Source: Gnetum montanum | Lineage: Eukaryota > Plantae > Gnetophyta | Direction of reading: 5' to 3' | NCBI GenBank assembly: GCA_015680685.1 | Contig: MNCI01001903.1 | Location: 172,302 to 236,301, forward strand | Length of the DNA stretch: 64,000 nucleotides | Notes under the pieces: model-generated | Told to the model about the DNA's origin: nothing | Seen by the model: only the letters and a program-made list of their open reading frames with translations | The model's database searches: none | In this document: positions 25,771 through 38,900 of the stretch, piece by piece | Layout: the number at the start of each line of letters is the position of its first letter | Position numbering within the stretch: position 1 is the stretch's first letter | Program-made: the position numbers and the translations under genes

Positions 25771-26200
25771 ACTGGTCATAGAAAATTACATGGTAAATTT
25801 GTAGTCATAATAATGATCTAACATGAGAAATTGCTACATAAACTAATCTAGGTTGTTGTATATTGTTGGTGACCATTTGGGACCATCAACATTGGAGGCC
25901 TTTAGTCTCATGACCCTTGGGGTCATGAGATGCAAAGGTGTTTTTCAAATAGGGTTTAATGCTTGTTGGTCTTTGGCAACACCAAGGCCCAAATACCTCC
26001 AAATAAACTCAATGGTTATGAAACAAACAAAACATGAGTATGTGTTTGCTGCTGGGAATGTTGAAATGGTTGAATTGTGTATGAAACTATAATTGGCTAT
26101 CATAAAGGAAATTTAACTAACTTTGTCAAATATTGTGAGTTGTCAAAGGTTCCTATTTTGTTAAATCACTTAGTCTATATAGTTCCTAGAGTACATTACT

Positions 26201-27074
26201 TGTAACAAATAAAATTTCACAAAAATGCTTAAGCATAATTTTGCCAATCTACTCCTAATTTCTCCTAAAGAGAGTTTCGCAAGAAAACTAGAAATAGAGT
26301 GAGATTCAATGGGTTTAGAAAGAAAAAAAAAAAAGGTTTGTGTGGAATCTCAAACATTTAAGCAAAATAAATTAACATAAGAAAACACTTCACAATAAAG
26401 CTATTCCAATTCAATCTATTACAAATCATCCAAACCCTCTAAGCTCAACAAGCGATTTCATAAAAGACACTCTATTTAACTACCAAAATGCTTTGTAAAT
26501 GACAAAGTACAAGCTTTCATTTTGCTAGTTAAAATTGGCCAAGAATTGCAAACAATAAAACTTCTAGAAAAATTTGACAATTTTAATATTGCAATATTAA
26601 TGCAATAAAATTTATAAATAAAGAAGCTATTTTAGTCATCTCAAAATATCAAAGATTTTCTAGATTCCATAAACTCAAACCGGAAATTTCTAGAAGACAT
26701 TACTATTAAATTGCTCAAGATGCTTTTCTACAACATAAGCTCTTATATGGAAAACCTTAATAGAAGTCTAATATTATGCAAAAACAAAGCTATAAAAGAA
26801 ACCTAGAAAAATCTCAAAATTAAATGCCAAATACGATACTATCTAAACTATTAGCTAAGTAACTAAAACAAAATGAGAAGAAATAAACTCACGAGATTAA
26901 AACAAAGTAGCTGAATTAATGTCTTTAACAAGTTATGCTTTACAAGAAATCTTCAATATTCTTCCAAAATGCTCCACCCAAATTCTTCAAAATCCCCTTA
27001 ATTCTACCTTTGAAGGATCCTTTATAGTGACCTTAGGGCAGTTACAATAATCATGAAAAGTTAAAAATGTTACA
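26201..27074 (-). mobile_element. Possible solo LTR of an unrelated family
   Basis: Terminal inverted TGTAACA...TGTTACA and a minus-strand TATAAAG near 27020; flanks (TTACT/AGCAT) do not form a TSD. Confidence 0.35.
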
Positions 27075-28339
27075 AGCATCTAGGGGATTAATTTATAACC
27101 ACCTTAGAAATTTTAACTTTCATAAGAAATTAAAATTAGAGAAATAAATGCTATAGCTGGCAATTGGCCTATCAAATAATTATCTAATAAACTCTCTTTT
27201 ACTTTTCAATGATAACCTTCCCCTTATTCTTTAAATACATATTTAGATTATAATTTAAACTTAAATTATAATTTTATGTCCATTTTAATATATATACATA
27301 TATATTCATACTATAGCTTTGGGCATGGCATCAATTAATTAACCCTTTTCCTTTAAAAATAAAATCACGGTAAATACAAGGACGACGATTTCATGTTTCG
27401 TTATGTGCTTCTTCTTCGTCTTTATCTCCATCATCAACATAATGGCATGTAAATAGTGCAGAAATGGTGTCAATGTGATGAACTTAGAGGTGGTAATGGT
27501 GACACTGTTTTCGGATGTAGCTGCCACATTTTCAGTAGTATCCCAAGCACGTGTTTAGGTCATAGTATTGTTCAGAATTCAACAACTGTACATGCCGCCA
27601 GATCCTTCTCCGCTGGAGCCTGGTAGCCATGCTTCCAGCAGCCATGGTCGCCTACGCCGATTCCATAGCAATTGAAACTACCTTCGTGCATGAGCTACAT
27701 CCGTGGCAATTGCAGCACATGTATACACAGTACTGCCCTTGCCAGTTTGCCACTGAGGATTCTATATGTGTCCATGGCGCTTGCATGGGGAGTGCTTTCT
27801 GATGAGAACCTTCTTCCTCTAGTTGGACTACTGCACAGGCAAAAACACGCTATCCTCCACCTCAATGATGTAGCAAGACAACAGCTTACCTTTCCTCTAT
27901 GACTACAATTCAATTGCAACAAAATGTAGCAGAGTTATTAAAGTGTTGATTATGGTTCTAGTTATTTTCATTTTTATTACTACTTATTATTATTTTTCTG
28001 GTACGTGCATGTGCTTCTTGTGCTTAGGACCAATGCCTTTGAAAATTCTCGAAACCCTCATAAACTCGCAGATGCTGCCCATTGAGCATGAGCTCTTTGT
28101 GTTTCGGGAGTTTTCAGCATGTGCTTGGCGCCCTTGGGGATCCAAAAACTATACGAATGCATGCGGCAGAACACTAATTGCATACAGAGCAATTTGGTTG
28201 CGTGTGTCGATGAATTTAGGCCCAAGTTCAATGGCGATTCTTTAGTGTCCATAAAGTAACGACAGCAGCATCCATTCGAGCTTAAAAGGGTTCAAAACTA
28301 GATTAGAGCCATGTGTTTAACCTAATGTCTCGTGTTGCG

Positions 28340-28495
28340 ATCATGCCAATTGCAAAATTCTCAAATTTGGCAGTAGCATAAATGTTGGACAATAAAGTAT
28401 GGCCACCAGAATCCCTGGGAACCATTTCGGTAGCTAGATTGCAGCAAGGGCACCAAGCTCTAAATTGTTATGCATTTTGTAGGCCTCCAACACTT
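28340..28495 (-). pseudogene. PPR protein E-domain fragment
   Basis: VLEAYKMHNNLELGALAA, frameshift, EMVPRDSGGHTLLSNIYATA, matching the PLS-E consensus LLGAC..HGNVELG..AA...EP..SG.YVLLSNIYA. Confidence 0.7.
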
Positions 28496-29174
28496 CTATC
28501 TTTATTAGTCACATTTGAACAAGATTCAAGTTACCCTTGCATTTTGAACTTTTTGAGACAAAATTTTCAATGCTTGAATCTTGGAATGTGCATAATTTAT
28601 CCTTATTGAAGCTAGAAATAATTTCTACAAATTCTTCAAATTTAGATTTAGTATCTATAAAAATACTTTTTACATCTTTAGATAATTCCTTTTCCACATA
28701 ACATGAAGACAAATTTTCTAAAATTGCCATGGATTCACATCCCTGAAAATTGAGATAGGTGAACTATCTTTGACATCTTTTACTCTATTTGTTGGCTATC
28801 CCATGGATTCAATGTATTTATTATTATTATTATTATTTATATTGAATTTTCTGCACATGTTTTTTTAGGGTGGATAACTCCAAGTAGCGTTAACAAGTTA
28901 TTTAGCATAGGATGAGCATCTTGGTTTAACAAATAGATAACCTAACATCTCATAGTTGTACTTTGACCCTTCTTTGCTTCAACAAGTCTACACACATCAA
29001 AAGAACATGCACATTCTTCTTCATCATCTCTAAGAATATCAACATCATAAAATTTCATATTTCCACCATTCGTTGTTCCAAAAATTCAATGCTTAGATAC
29101 AGAATGGATGATAAATGTAATCTCCTTTCAATAATAAAGTTTGCTCCATTAAATGGTCTTATGTGACGACATGT

Positions 29175-32100
29175 ATGTGTAATATTAATAGCAGCTTTGT
29201 CAAGTGTCATGCCTTATGATTTATATATTGTAAGTGTCCATGCCAGTTTTAATGGTAATTATTTTTTTCAACCAAATTGTAGTGGTATTATTCGAACTAT
29301 TTTTTTCAAAGAAGACATAAAATATGGACTAGTATAGTTTGGAAAATTAATCAAAACTAAATATGGTGGTGTTGGTTGCTTTGTTTCATTGCTATAAAAT
29401 TTATCTATAGTAGTTCAAGTTGTTACATTTACCAAACCATAACAAGTAGATATATTTATTGTCAACATTACTTTAGTCCCAATTTTGATTAATATATCTA
29501 TTTCCAAATCTTCATCATCCATGGATATGTATTAATTAGAACAATTACTAATACTAAGACTTCAACAAACAGGCTTTTCCAAATTATATAACATTTTCTT
29601 GTTGTGTTCATTTAGTTGATCATTTTTTGCAAATAAGTCTATACTATTATCAAAATTTTTTCATTCTTGAATAGACAATTGGTTTTGTCTTCTACTCATT
29701 AGTATTTCCCAATCAGTACTTATTGGTATTCAGGTTCTTACATTTTCTAGTAATTTTTAAAAAATCCTTTGTTATTCTTTAGATTTATTCTACTGTAATA
29801 TTTTATCTAATAAAACAATAAACGTAAACTCATTCCATAAAATGTTTCCAATACATTTAGAGTAATATGGTGCTATATCTCAAACTAGAGATAATTAAGT
29901 TATATCACCTATTAAAGTCATTGACCTACCTCCAAGACTTTCATTACAATAAGGAAATATTTGTCATGGTCTTGCATCTATATTTTCTAATAACCTAGCT
30001 CTAATAAAACTATGCTCATCAAGGAGAATATATTTTATATCTTCAAAATCATTCTACAACTGATGTAAAATAATATTATTAATTTTTTCTTTTCCTTTAA
30101 TAGATAGTTTCAGAATAGCATGAATTGTTTTTGCTTGAATATTAAAAGCTTCAATCCTTGTTGAAGTCATTACAAACAAAGGCATTTTTTAAGGAAATGC
30201 TAAAGTATACATTTCTATCTTAATAGCATGAATTAGAAAAGATTTTCCTATGCTGACACTACCTTCTACTATTAATTTCAATGGTTTTAATGCCTTTTTT
30301 TCACTTTAAATATAATGATTTTTAATAATATTCATCACTTTCTGTTGTTTGTTATTCAATGTTTGTTGATAATTTGTATTAGTTAGCATCATAATAGTAG
30401 TATTGGAATTTTTTAAGGAACTTAGAAATTTTAATGCTCTTTCAATTTCATTTTGATCAATTTTGTTCCATTCATATCAAATGTCTATGTCTCTTCGTTC
30501 TAACATATCTACTTTTGTGTGATTTAAAATTTATGTTGGTTGCAAACTTGATGAAAGTTTCTATTTGTTTTGAAGGTGATTTACATTTTCAATATAAACA
30601 TCTTCTTCATAATCTTCACTAGTTTTGCTTTTATTATTTATTATTTCAATTGTTTGTTCATTTACTTTCCAATTAGCTCTTATTTCTTCTTCCGTTGTTC
30701 CTATTTCTATTTCATATATACGAATGGAACATAAAGCAACATCTGATTTTGATAATACTATAACCACTTTTTAGGATTCTCAATTGGTTTTTCTAAAAAA
30801 TATAGGATAAACTTGAACAATGGCTTCCTTTTGTCTTTGTTGTCATAACTTATTTGACTTTCTGTTTGGATTGCAAATAAATTTTTTTGTTACCTCATAA
30901 AGGTTTAAACCACTCATGTCTATTGGTCTATTTATGTATGCTATGAAAATATCTTTTAAATATGATTCTTCATTATTGGATTCATTTGTAACTATTTGTT
31001 TATATACTTGATTAGACAAATTTAAGTTTACAAAAATTGTACTACATTCTACTAAAGGTAGTTCCAAAAACATATGTGATACTTCTTGTGCTCCTATATC
31101 TCTTTCAATTAATATCTTAGTTATCAACTTTTATAACTTTTTCCAATGTGATCTTCATTGTTCTGTAATTTTATAATTTTTTCTAACATAAAATTATAAG
31201 ATTTAGAAGTTTATTCTACTTTAGTAGCATATTTTGCTATGTGCTTCACAACAGCATGTTTTAACAAAACAAGTTGTCAATCTATGTTAGCTATCCATAT
31301 TTGAAGAATTAGTCTATGATGTTTATTCAATCTATTATCATTTCTTAGCAACTCATATAAAATTTCTTATGACTAACAATTCTTGTATAACAATGAAAAG
31401 GTTTCACGAATAGGCAATGGAACTCTGTATCTACAAAGCATATGTAAATGTAATATTAGAATTTTTTAAAATATTTTTTCAAATAAATTTTTGATACATT
31501 ACCTGCAATATAATTTTTCCATTTTTTAATCGTAAGAAAGTATCCTTTCTACATTTTGAATATCTTTGAATTGAGTTAATTAGTTCTACATAATCTTTGT
31601 GGATATCTTTGGTGAATATTGCTTCTATATCATATGATGATAAGTGACATTATATATATATATATATGCAAAATCAATATCAAATCTAACACAATATCAA
31701 CATTAATAATAATATAATGTACCTATTTGATACCTCAAAAGATGGCATTGAAGTGGCAAATCGAGGATTCCATCCATGTATAAGATCATCTAAGAAATTT
31801 TTTATCTTGTTGACTTCATTTTCATCATACCAATTAATTATGTCTATATTTGGAGCATTTTCTATCCACAAAAAGCCATGTATGTGAGGAGACCCTCAAT
31901 GTTGCCATTCATACCTTGACCAATAGTCAATAACTTTTATGTCTTTCTTCAAACTCTCTTTCATAAAAACTTTGTTACAGTAATACATATACTATGCTAC
32001 AACATGAGGAATTTCAATGACCATTTGTTGTTTACTTTGTTGTAAATCATTTTTTTAAAAACTCTTGTAATATTTTTATGTATGTCAAACCAATGAATAT

Positions 32101-33610
32101 CAGCAGCACTTAATGTGAAAAATATAGTAAAAGATCCAACTTTATTCAACATTGATATTAACTATAAGTGACATTTTGACTAATAAGCTCATGTACCATG
32201 CAAAGTAGAACTAAATCGTATAATTTCATTAGCAAAACTCTTGCTTGAATCCTTACATAATTATTTTTTAGCTCATTGATATGCATTGGCATTTGATTTA
32301 AATTCCTTTTAATGAAAATCAAGGCTATGCTTTAGGCATGATGTATCCTAATCATGTTAAAAATATAGTACCTAAATCTAGGATGTCTTGCAAATCCTCC
32401 ATCTTTATACAACAAAAGATATTTTGCATATTCATGTAATTGAACTTGCTTAGTTCTTAAGTCATAGAAATCACATTTTCTTGTAGGAAAGAAAGTAGGG
32501 AAGGCAATATCAAATAAAATAGGATAAAAATATTCATTTGATGGAGTTTTATCTATTGTTGACCAATTAATGCTTTTTGCAACTTTAATTTTATGTAAGT
32601 GAAGCCAATCTTGAATGAAATCATTCTCTATTTTAGAGTCAATTATATTCATAATTGTAGATGATGTAAGTACACTTTCATCATAAAGTTTTTCATTATC
32701 ATCATTATTTATTATATTTTATTCGATGTTATTTGATTCATCTTCTAATTCATTAATATTAATTATTTGAATTTTATTAGTGAATCTTACATCATCATTT
32801 TTTGAAAGTTCTTCAATACTTTCCAAATCTATTTCAACATCTTAGTAAAACTTATCATTTTAAATTTTAAATTTTAACGCTGCTAGTACTCTTACTTTGT
32901 TAACAACAAAATCATATGTTCCACTGAAATGATCTTTTCTTTGAATAATAATCAATGGTAACTCTTGTAATTTTCAAGGTAGGGTTTTTGTTACCTCTTC
33001 TACATGTTGTGGAAAGCTTATTGTATGACCTTTATATTTTAGTTGACCTTCACAAGCATGTGTAACTTGAATCATGGGATTAAGCCTCGTAATTAACATT
33101 TCTTCAGCTTGGGTTAACACTTGAAGTTCACATGGTTGTTCTCTAGGATCCATATTATTCGATATAGAAAATCGTTTAGGATAGTTATCTTTTTACATCT
33201 TTGACATTTGAATATGTTATTTTTCTTGGTACGTAACATTGAAACTTTTTTTTCATTACATGTTTTACATTCAAATTTATTTGAAATAGTTTGTAGACTA
33301 TTTTGAAATCTTAATTGAGAATTTCTAATATTTTGTTTGTCTTCATATTTAAAATTTTTCAATTTTTTTAAAAGCTTATTTCTCACATGGTTTGGTTGAG
33401 TTCATATAATTTTTTTTCAGTTTTTATAAACTTATTTGATCATTAGATTCTACTAATGTGACATTATTTAGCTTAGTATTTTCTCTTTACATTGGCATAA
33501 ATGGTGAGCTGTCATTAGTGTTAGTTATTATTTTTTGTCATTTTCTTATATTTGATTCGTAAATTCTTTCACATTTTCTTAATGCTTCTAACTCTTCATT
33601 ATTCATACTA
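29175..33610 (-). mobile_element. Helitron2/Helentron-type Rep (HUH)-PIF1 helicase, decayed and 3'-truncated
   Basis: CxxC..CxxC (ORF 33114-33386); DUF6570-like NNMDP..LTQAEEMLITRLNP..GQLKYKGHTISFPQ; AFPTFFP..DGGFARHPRFRYYIFN; Rep motifs FFTLSAAD (~32110), RYEWQH*GSPHIHGFLW (~31890), HIAKYATK (~31230), ERDIGAQE; helicase GSVSIGKS (~30255), LLDEHS, IGDI, PLKLAWTLTIYKS*GMTLDK. Confidence 0.92.
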
Positions 33611-35285
33611 TTTCTTTTTCTTATATGCACAAAAATATTTTTTTTCTTTTAGCATACATAATATTATTTGAAATTTTACTTTTACTATGCAAATGAACAA
33701 AATAATATTAATAACTTATAATCTTGTAAAATCAACACTGTTATTTGTAATAATTAAAAGTCAAAATTTCATTCTACTAGAAATATTTCTTTACTACATA
33801 CCTAATTTTTGTTATATTAAACTATCTTATTAATAAACATTTTTTTTGAAAATTTTGTAATCCAAATACTGTTAGCTTTAATAACTTATAGTACGTATAA
33901 TATTGCACCAAAAAAAATCTTCTCTAATTATTTAAATGACTACATGAAAAACAAGTATACTGCATTTAAAATATATTTTAGTATTATGAAAATCACATTT
34001 ACAAGAACCAAAGACATAAAAGGAGATTGACTATCTTTTAAATAAAATTGAAACAGAAAATGTTTAGTGACCTATTAGGTAACTAATAACATCTATATAC
34101 CTTAGTATGTGCTAAGAAAATATGTGCAATGGTAAGTAAATAAACCAACACCAAAAGTAGTCCTCCAAGTACCTAAAGAGTGTAATTATAGATAAGATGC
34201 AATGGACACAAATTGCAATATTTGAAAGTTTAATGGCAGTTGTAGAAACATTGACCAAATATCTTTCAAAATTCATTTTTTTTAAAAGAGCAATATGATT
34301 ATGGGATAGCATCAAGTATATAAGACAACAAAAAGAAAGAAATCTTAAGAATGATAATAGTTGAATATTTCAAGATAAAATTGTAGATCAAGGTAAGGAA
34401 GTTTCTAATCCAATTTGTACACTCAAAGAAACCTTTGAAAATATGCATAAACAATAAATTCACTAAAAATGAAGAATCAAAATGATTAAATTCCATTAGA
34501 ATGATAAAGTAAATTTTCAAACGAAAGTCTGAAATTTTCTCCAATAGCATGTTTGGTAAAGGAATACAAACTTGCATTGCCAAACCTTCCAAAAGAAAAT
34601 TATCAAGTTTAAATGGCCAAATTTGAGTAAATAACAACTAAAATGAAAATAGGTTTCATAATATGTGGCCAAATAAGCTTAACAATGGATTCTAGACTAA
34701 CACAACTTCTGAAAAATTATTGATATGCTTTGTCTGGTACAAATCAGTACATGGAAAACTTCTTTTCATAGAATCAACACTAGATTTGGCACATGATTTA
34801 GTGTAGAAAGAATAACTTATGAACTTACATTTGTTATATAAAAACGTAGCATTTCCACAAATAAAAAAGAAGACAAACATGCCTTTGCATGCAAGTAATG
34901 TATACAAAATGGCACACATGTAATGTCCATCAAAAGATAAGATTTATGTGGAAATCTTATCTCTTCATACTCAACCCCATAATATGCCTTGTTTTCCTCA
35001 ATGAATTACACTACCAACAGCAGGGAGGCAAACTCATTCAAACACGATGCATATTTTGCTGCGTCAATGGCTGAAAACATTGCAGTGATCCCCTCAGCAA
35101 CTTTATTATAGAATTTTTCATGAACTTTGATTCACACAACTCATCATAAAAAATACTTCACCTCTATTTCTGTTTAAGTCCATTCATCCTCCAAGCAAGC
35201 AATAGCCTACAAAATACTTGCTAATAGTTAAAAATCTAGGTTCCATTTTGTTAGAATTTCTAAAATTTCTCTAAGCTTGGAAACC

Positions 35286-35640
35286 ATGACCAAGGCTCAT
35301 TAGTTGGTTCTAGTTATGGGTCTAGTGGTTGTGGGTTTGTGCTTTGTAAGAGAAGTCCTAGCAAAAAAGGCCAAGCTCTATGATAGAGGATGGAAGTGCA
35401 AAGGAGAGTATTACTACAACAAAACCATTTCCCAAGTTTTCACAATAGATCAGTTTTAAAAATCTATTTTAGAAGAGGAATAACCTAGTGGCACATGTAG
35501 TAGATTCTAGGACTATTGCTCCTTCATCACTACTTTTGCACAGTTCCAGGGCATTGGCTTCCATACTACAAGAGGCTTCCTGATGCAGCAGCTTAAGCTT
35601 GCTGCATTCTTGTGCCCACGTTGCATCTAAAACCAACTAT
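35286..35640 (+). pseudogene. CTL: Chitinase-like (GH19, CTL1/CTL2 type) first-exon fragment
   Basis: Signal-peptide-like start then DRGWKCKGEYYYNKTISQVFTIDQF..KRNNLVAHVV..DYCSFIT..GF.TT..LAAFL.HVASKT; stops and frameshifts; no downstream exons found. Confidence 0.85.
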
Positions 35641-35944
35641 AAGATCATTCTCAATCCCTATGTTTCTTTTCATGTGTTTTATGGATGTTTGGTTTTACTT
35701 ATGTTTTCTAAAAATCCATTTTGTGTTTCCTTCTATTAGTTTCTATCTAAGATTCACTACTTTGCTTTGTGTGGAATTTTGGGCTTCTAGATATTTAGAG
35801 CACTATTGGTTTGAGATTCTTGGGGTTTGACTTGTAGTTTACGAGAAAAGAAAAGACAAAACTGCATTTCTGCAAAAATTGTAGAACTACTTTTTTGATC
35901 TTGATCTTGCTAGCGAGTAATCTGCAATACCAAAAAGTTCTTCT

Positions 35945-38900
35945 TGTTATGAAATTAAATAAATCTATAAATTGAAACAACAAAAATAACAAGAAAAACA
36001 CACACACAAACTTACATAAACCCCAAAGTGGGAAAAAAACCACAAGAACCAATACAAAGCTCTTTCTTCGTTTGGAGAAAATATCCCAAGGACACAAGCT
36101 GTCCTTGATAACTTTGACAACTTGTTGTTGCAACACTCTTAAGCCCTTCCTTCATAGTTTGTTGCTGTTGTTTTTGGTGGTAAATAACACGTCTTCCCAC
36201 CCTTTAATTTATTAAAGAAAACAATAGTCTAGGTTATTACAAACTTGAAATAATTTTAGAAACTACTAACCATATCTAAAGCAAAGATTAACATGCATGT
36301 CCCTTGTAGTCACTTTAGTCAATGCATCATTTTCTTGGTGTTAATTTTCTACAATTTAATTAATACTTCTTCAACAATATCTCTAATAAAATGATATTTA
36401 ATATCAATATGTTTTTTTTCTATCATGATAAGTTGAATTTCTTGCTAGATGTAAGGCACTTTGGCTATCACAGAAAATTTGATAACCATCTTGCTTTACA
36501 CCAAGAAATTCTAAAAATATTTGCAACCATAACATCTCCTTAAATGCTTCTGTCAATGCGACATATTTAGATTCTGTAATGGACAAAGTTACTAGACATT
36601 GAAGTGTTGACATTTAGCTTACTATAGCACCACCTAAAACAAAAGCATAACTTGTAGTTGAACGTTTGGTATCTAAATCAGTTACAAAATTTGCATCCAC
36701 ATAACCACAAATATTTGAATCATTATTTCTAAAACATAAATAGGTAGATTGAGTTCCCTTTAAGTATCTATGAATCTGTTTCACAACAAGCTAGTGATTC
36801 CAACCATAATTATTCACATACATAGTAACACTTATTGCATATGCTATATCTAGACAGGTGCATACCATAGAATACATTAAAGAGCCAACAATGGAAGTAT
36901 ATGGAATATCTTTTACTTTGGAAATCTATTTTTCTATACTGGGAAAATATTTCTTAGATAATTAAAAATGAGAAGCCAAATGAGTACTTACAGGTCCTTC
37001 TTCTGACATATTAAAATGTTCCAACACTTTTCCAATATCCCCACTTTGACTAAGCCACAATTTTTTCTACTTTCTATCTCTGTAAATATGCATTCCAAGA
37101 ATTCTTTTTGCTTATCCCAAATCCTTCATAACAAACTATTTACTTATCTCTATTTTAAAATGTTTTATTTTTGATATATCATTCCTTGCAATTAACATAT
37201 CATCTACATATACCAAAAAAATTATAAATTTATTTTTATCATTTGAGAAATAAACACAATGATCAAGATCACTTTTGCAATAACCCATTTTGTGCATAAA
37301 AGAATCAAATTTTTTGTACCCCTAGGAGCTTGTTTTAAACCGTATAAGCTTTTCATCAAGAGACACACATAATGAGGTTTATTCTAATCAATAAATCCTT
37401 CTGGTTGATGCATATAGATTTCTTCATTTAAATCACCATGTAGAAAAGTTGTTTTAACATCTAATTGTTCTAACTCCAAATCTAAACAAGCAACCAATGA
37501 AAAAACAATCCAAATAGAAGAATGCTTAATAACTAGAGAAATTTTTTTTGTAAAATCAATTCATAGATTTTGATCATAACCTTTAGCTACCAACCTAGTT
37601 TTATAAACATTCTCCCCATTTACCTCATTCTTTAAGGTAAAAATCCATCTATTTTGAAGTGCTTTATATCCCTTGGATAATTCCACCAATTCCCAAGTTT
37701 TGTTCTATTGGAGTGAATTCCATTCCTTTTTCATAAATTCCTTTCATTTTAATGCATCAGGACTTGCAAGAGCATCTTTTACCATTTCAGGTTCACCACA
37801 ATTTATATAAAGAATATAATCTTTAAATCTAGCAAGACAATGTATTATTCTACTTAAATGTCTTACCCTGTGTGATGTATCTTCTATAGGATTTTCCTCA
37901 TCAATTTCTTTCTCCTCATCTTCATTCAAAAATTCTGGAGTGTTTTGATTTGCCGCTTGCTCTTGTATTATATCTTCTTTAGGCTGTAAAAATAAAAATC
38001 TAGGAACCTACTGTGTAATAGAATCAGAAACCTGTTTCTTTTGAAAAACATAAAACATTACATTTTCTTAAAATTTTACATCTCGTGGCCTTACAAATTA
38101 CTTTTCCTTAGGATCTCATAATCTGAAATCCAATTCATCACTATCATAACCCACAAAAATACATGTTTTTGATTTATCATCAAATTTAAATCTATTTTCC
38201 TTTTTTTTATGCATGTAAGTAATACATCCAAAAACTTTTAAATGATTATAAAAAACATGTCTCCCACTCCATAAAGACTCTAGTACAACATTATTTAAAG
38301 AGGAATGTGGTGATCTATTAATTAAATAAGTAGTATTCATAATAGCCTCAACCCAAAAAATTTTAGGCAAACCTATGCCAACAACCAACATTCTATTGCA
38401 TATTTCTACTACTTTATTTTCTTGTAGAGTTCCAGGAGGAGGACGAATATGATGAATTCCTTTTTCTCTGCAAAATTGAATGCATTTGAAGTATATTCAC
38501 CACCATTATTAGTAGGCAAACATTTCATCTTTAAATTTGTTTATGTCTCTATTTTAGCAACAAAGGACTTAAAAATATTTAACACTACATCTTTGGACTT
38601 TGTTGGAAATATCCACACTTTCCATGTATGATCATTAATGAAAGTAACAAAATATAGTAAACCACCTAATGATGCTAGATTTATTGATCACAAACATTAG
38701 AATAAATAAGTTTGAATTGATTAGCTTGTCTACGTCTCATATTTCTAAGATAATTCATCCTTTTTCATTTACCAATAGCACAATCTTTGCAAAATTTTGT
38801 GTAGCTTACTGCAAATTTGGGGATGCAAGAATGAGATTGAAGTACCTTTAAATTAGAATAATTGATATGGCCCAACCCTTTATGCCATAAATCAGTATCC

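Noticed and set aside
26201-26699. Shorter solo LTR with TTACT TSD
   Set aside because: LTR-like sequence continues past 26699 and a 5-bp match after any CA can arise by chance.
34112-35074. Hydrophobic ORFs upstream of Rep as membrane proteins
   Set aside because: Expected from T-rich strands; no motif or splice structure I could support.
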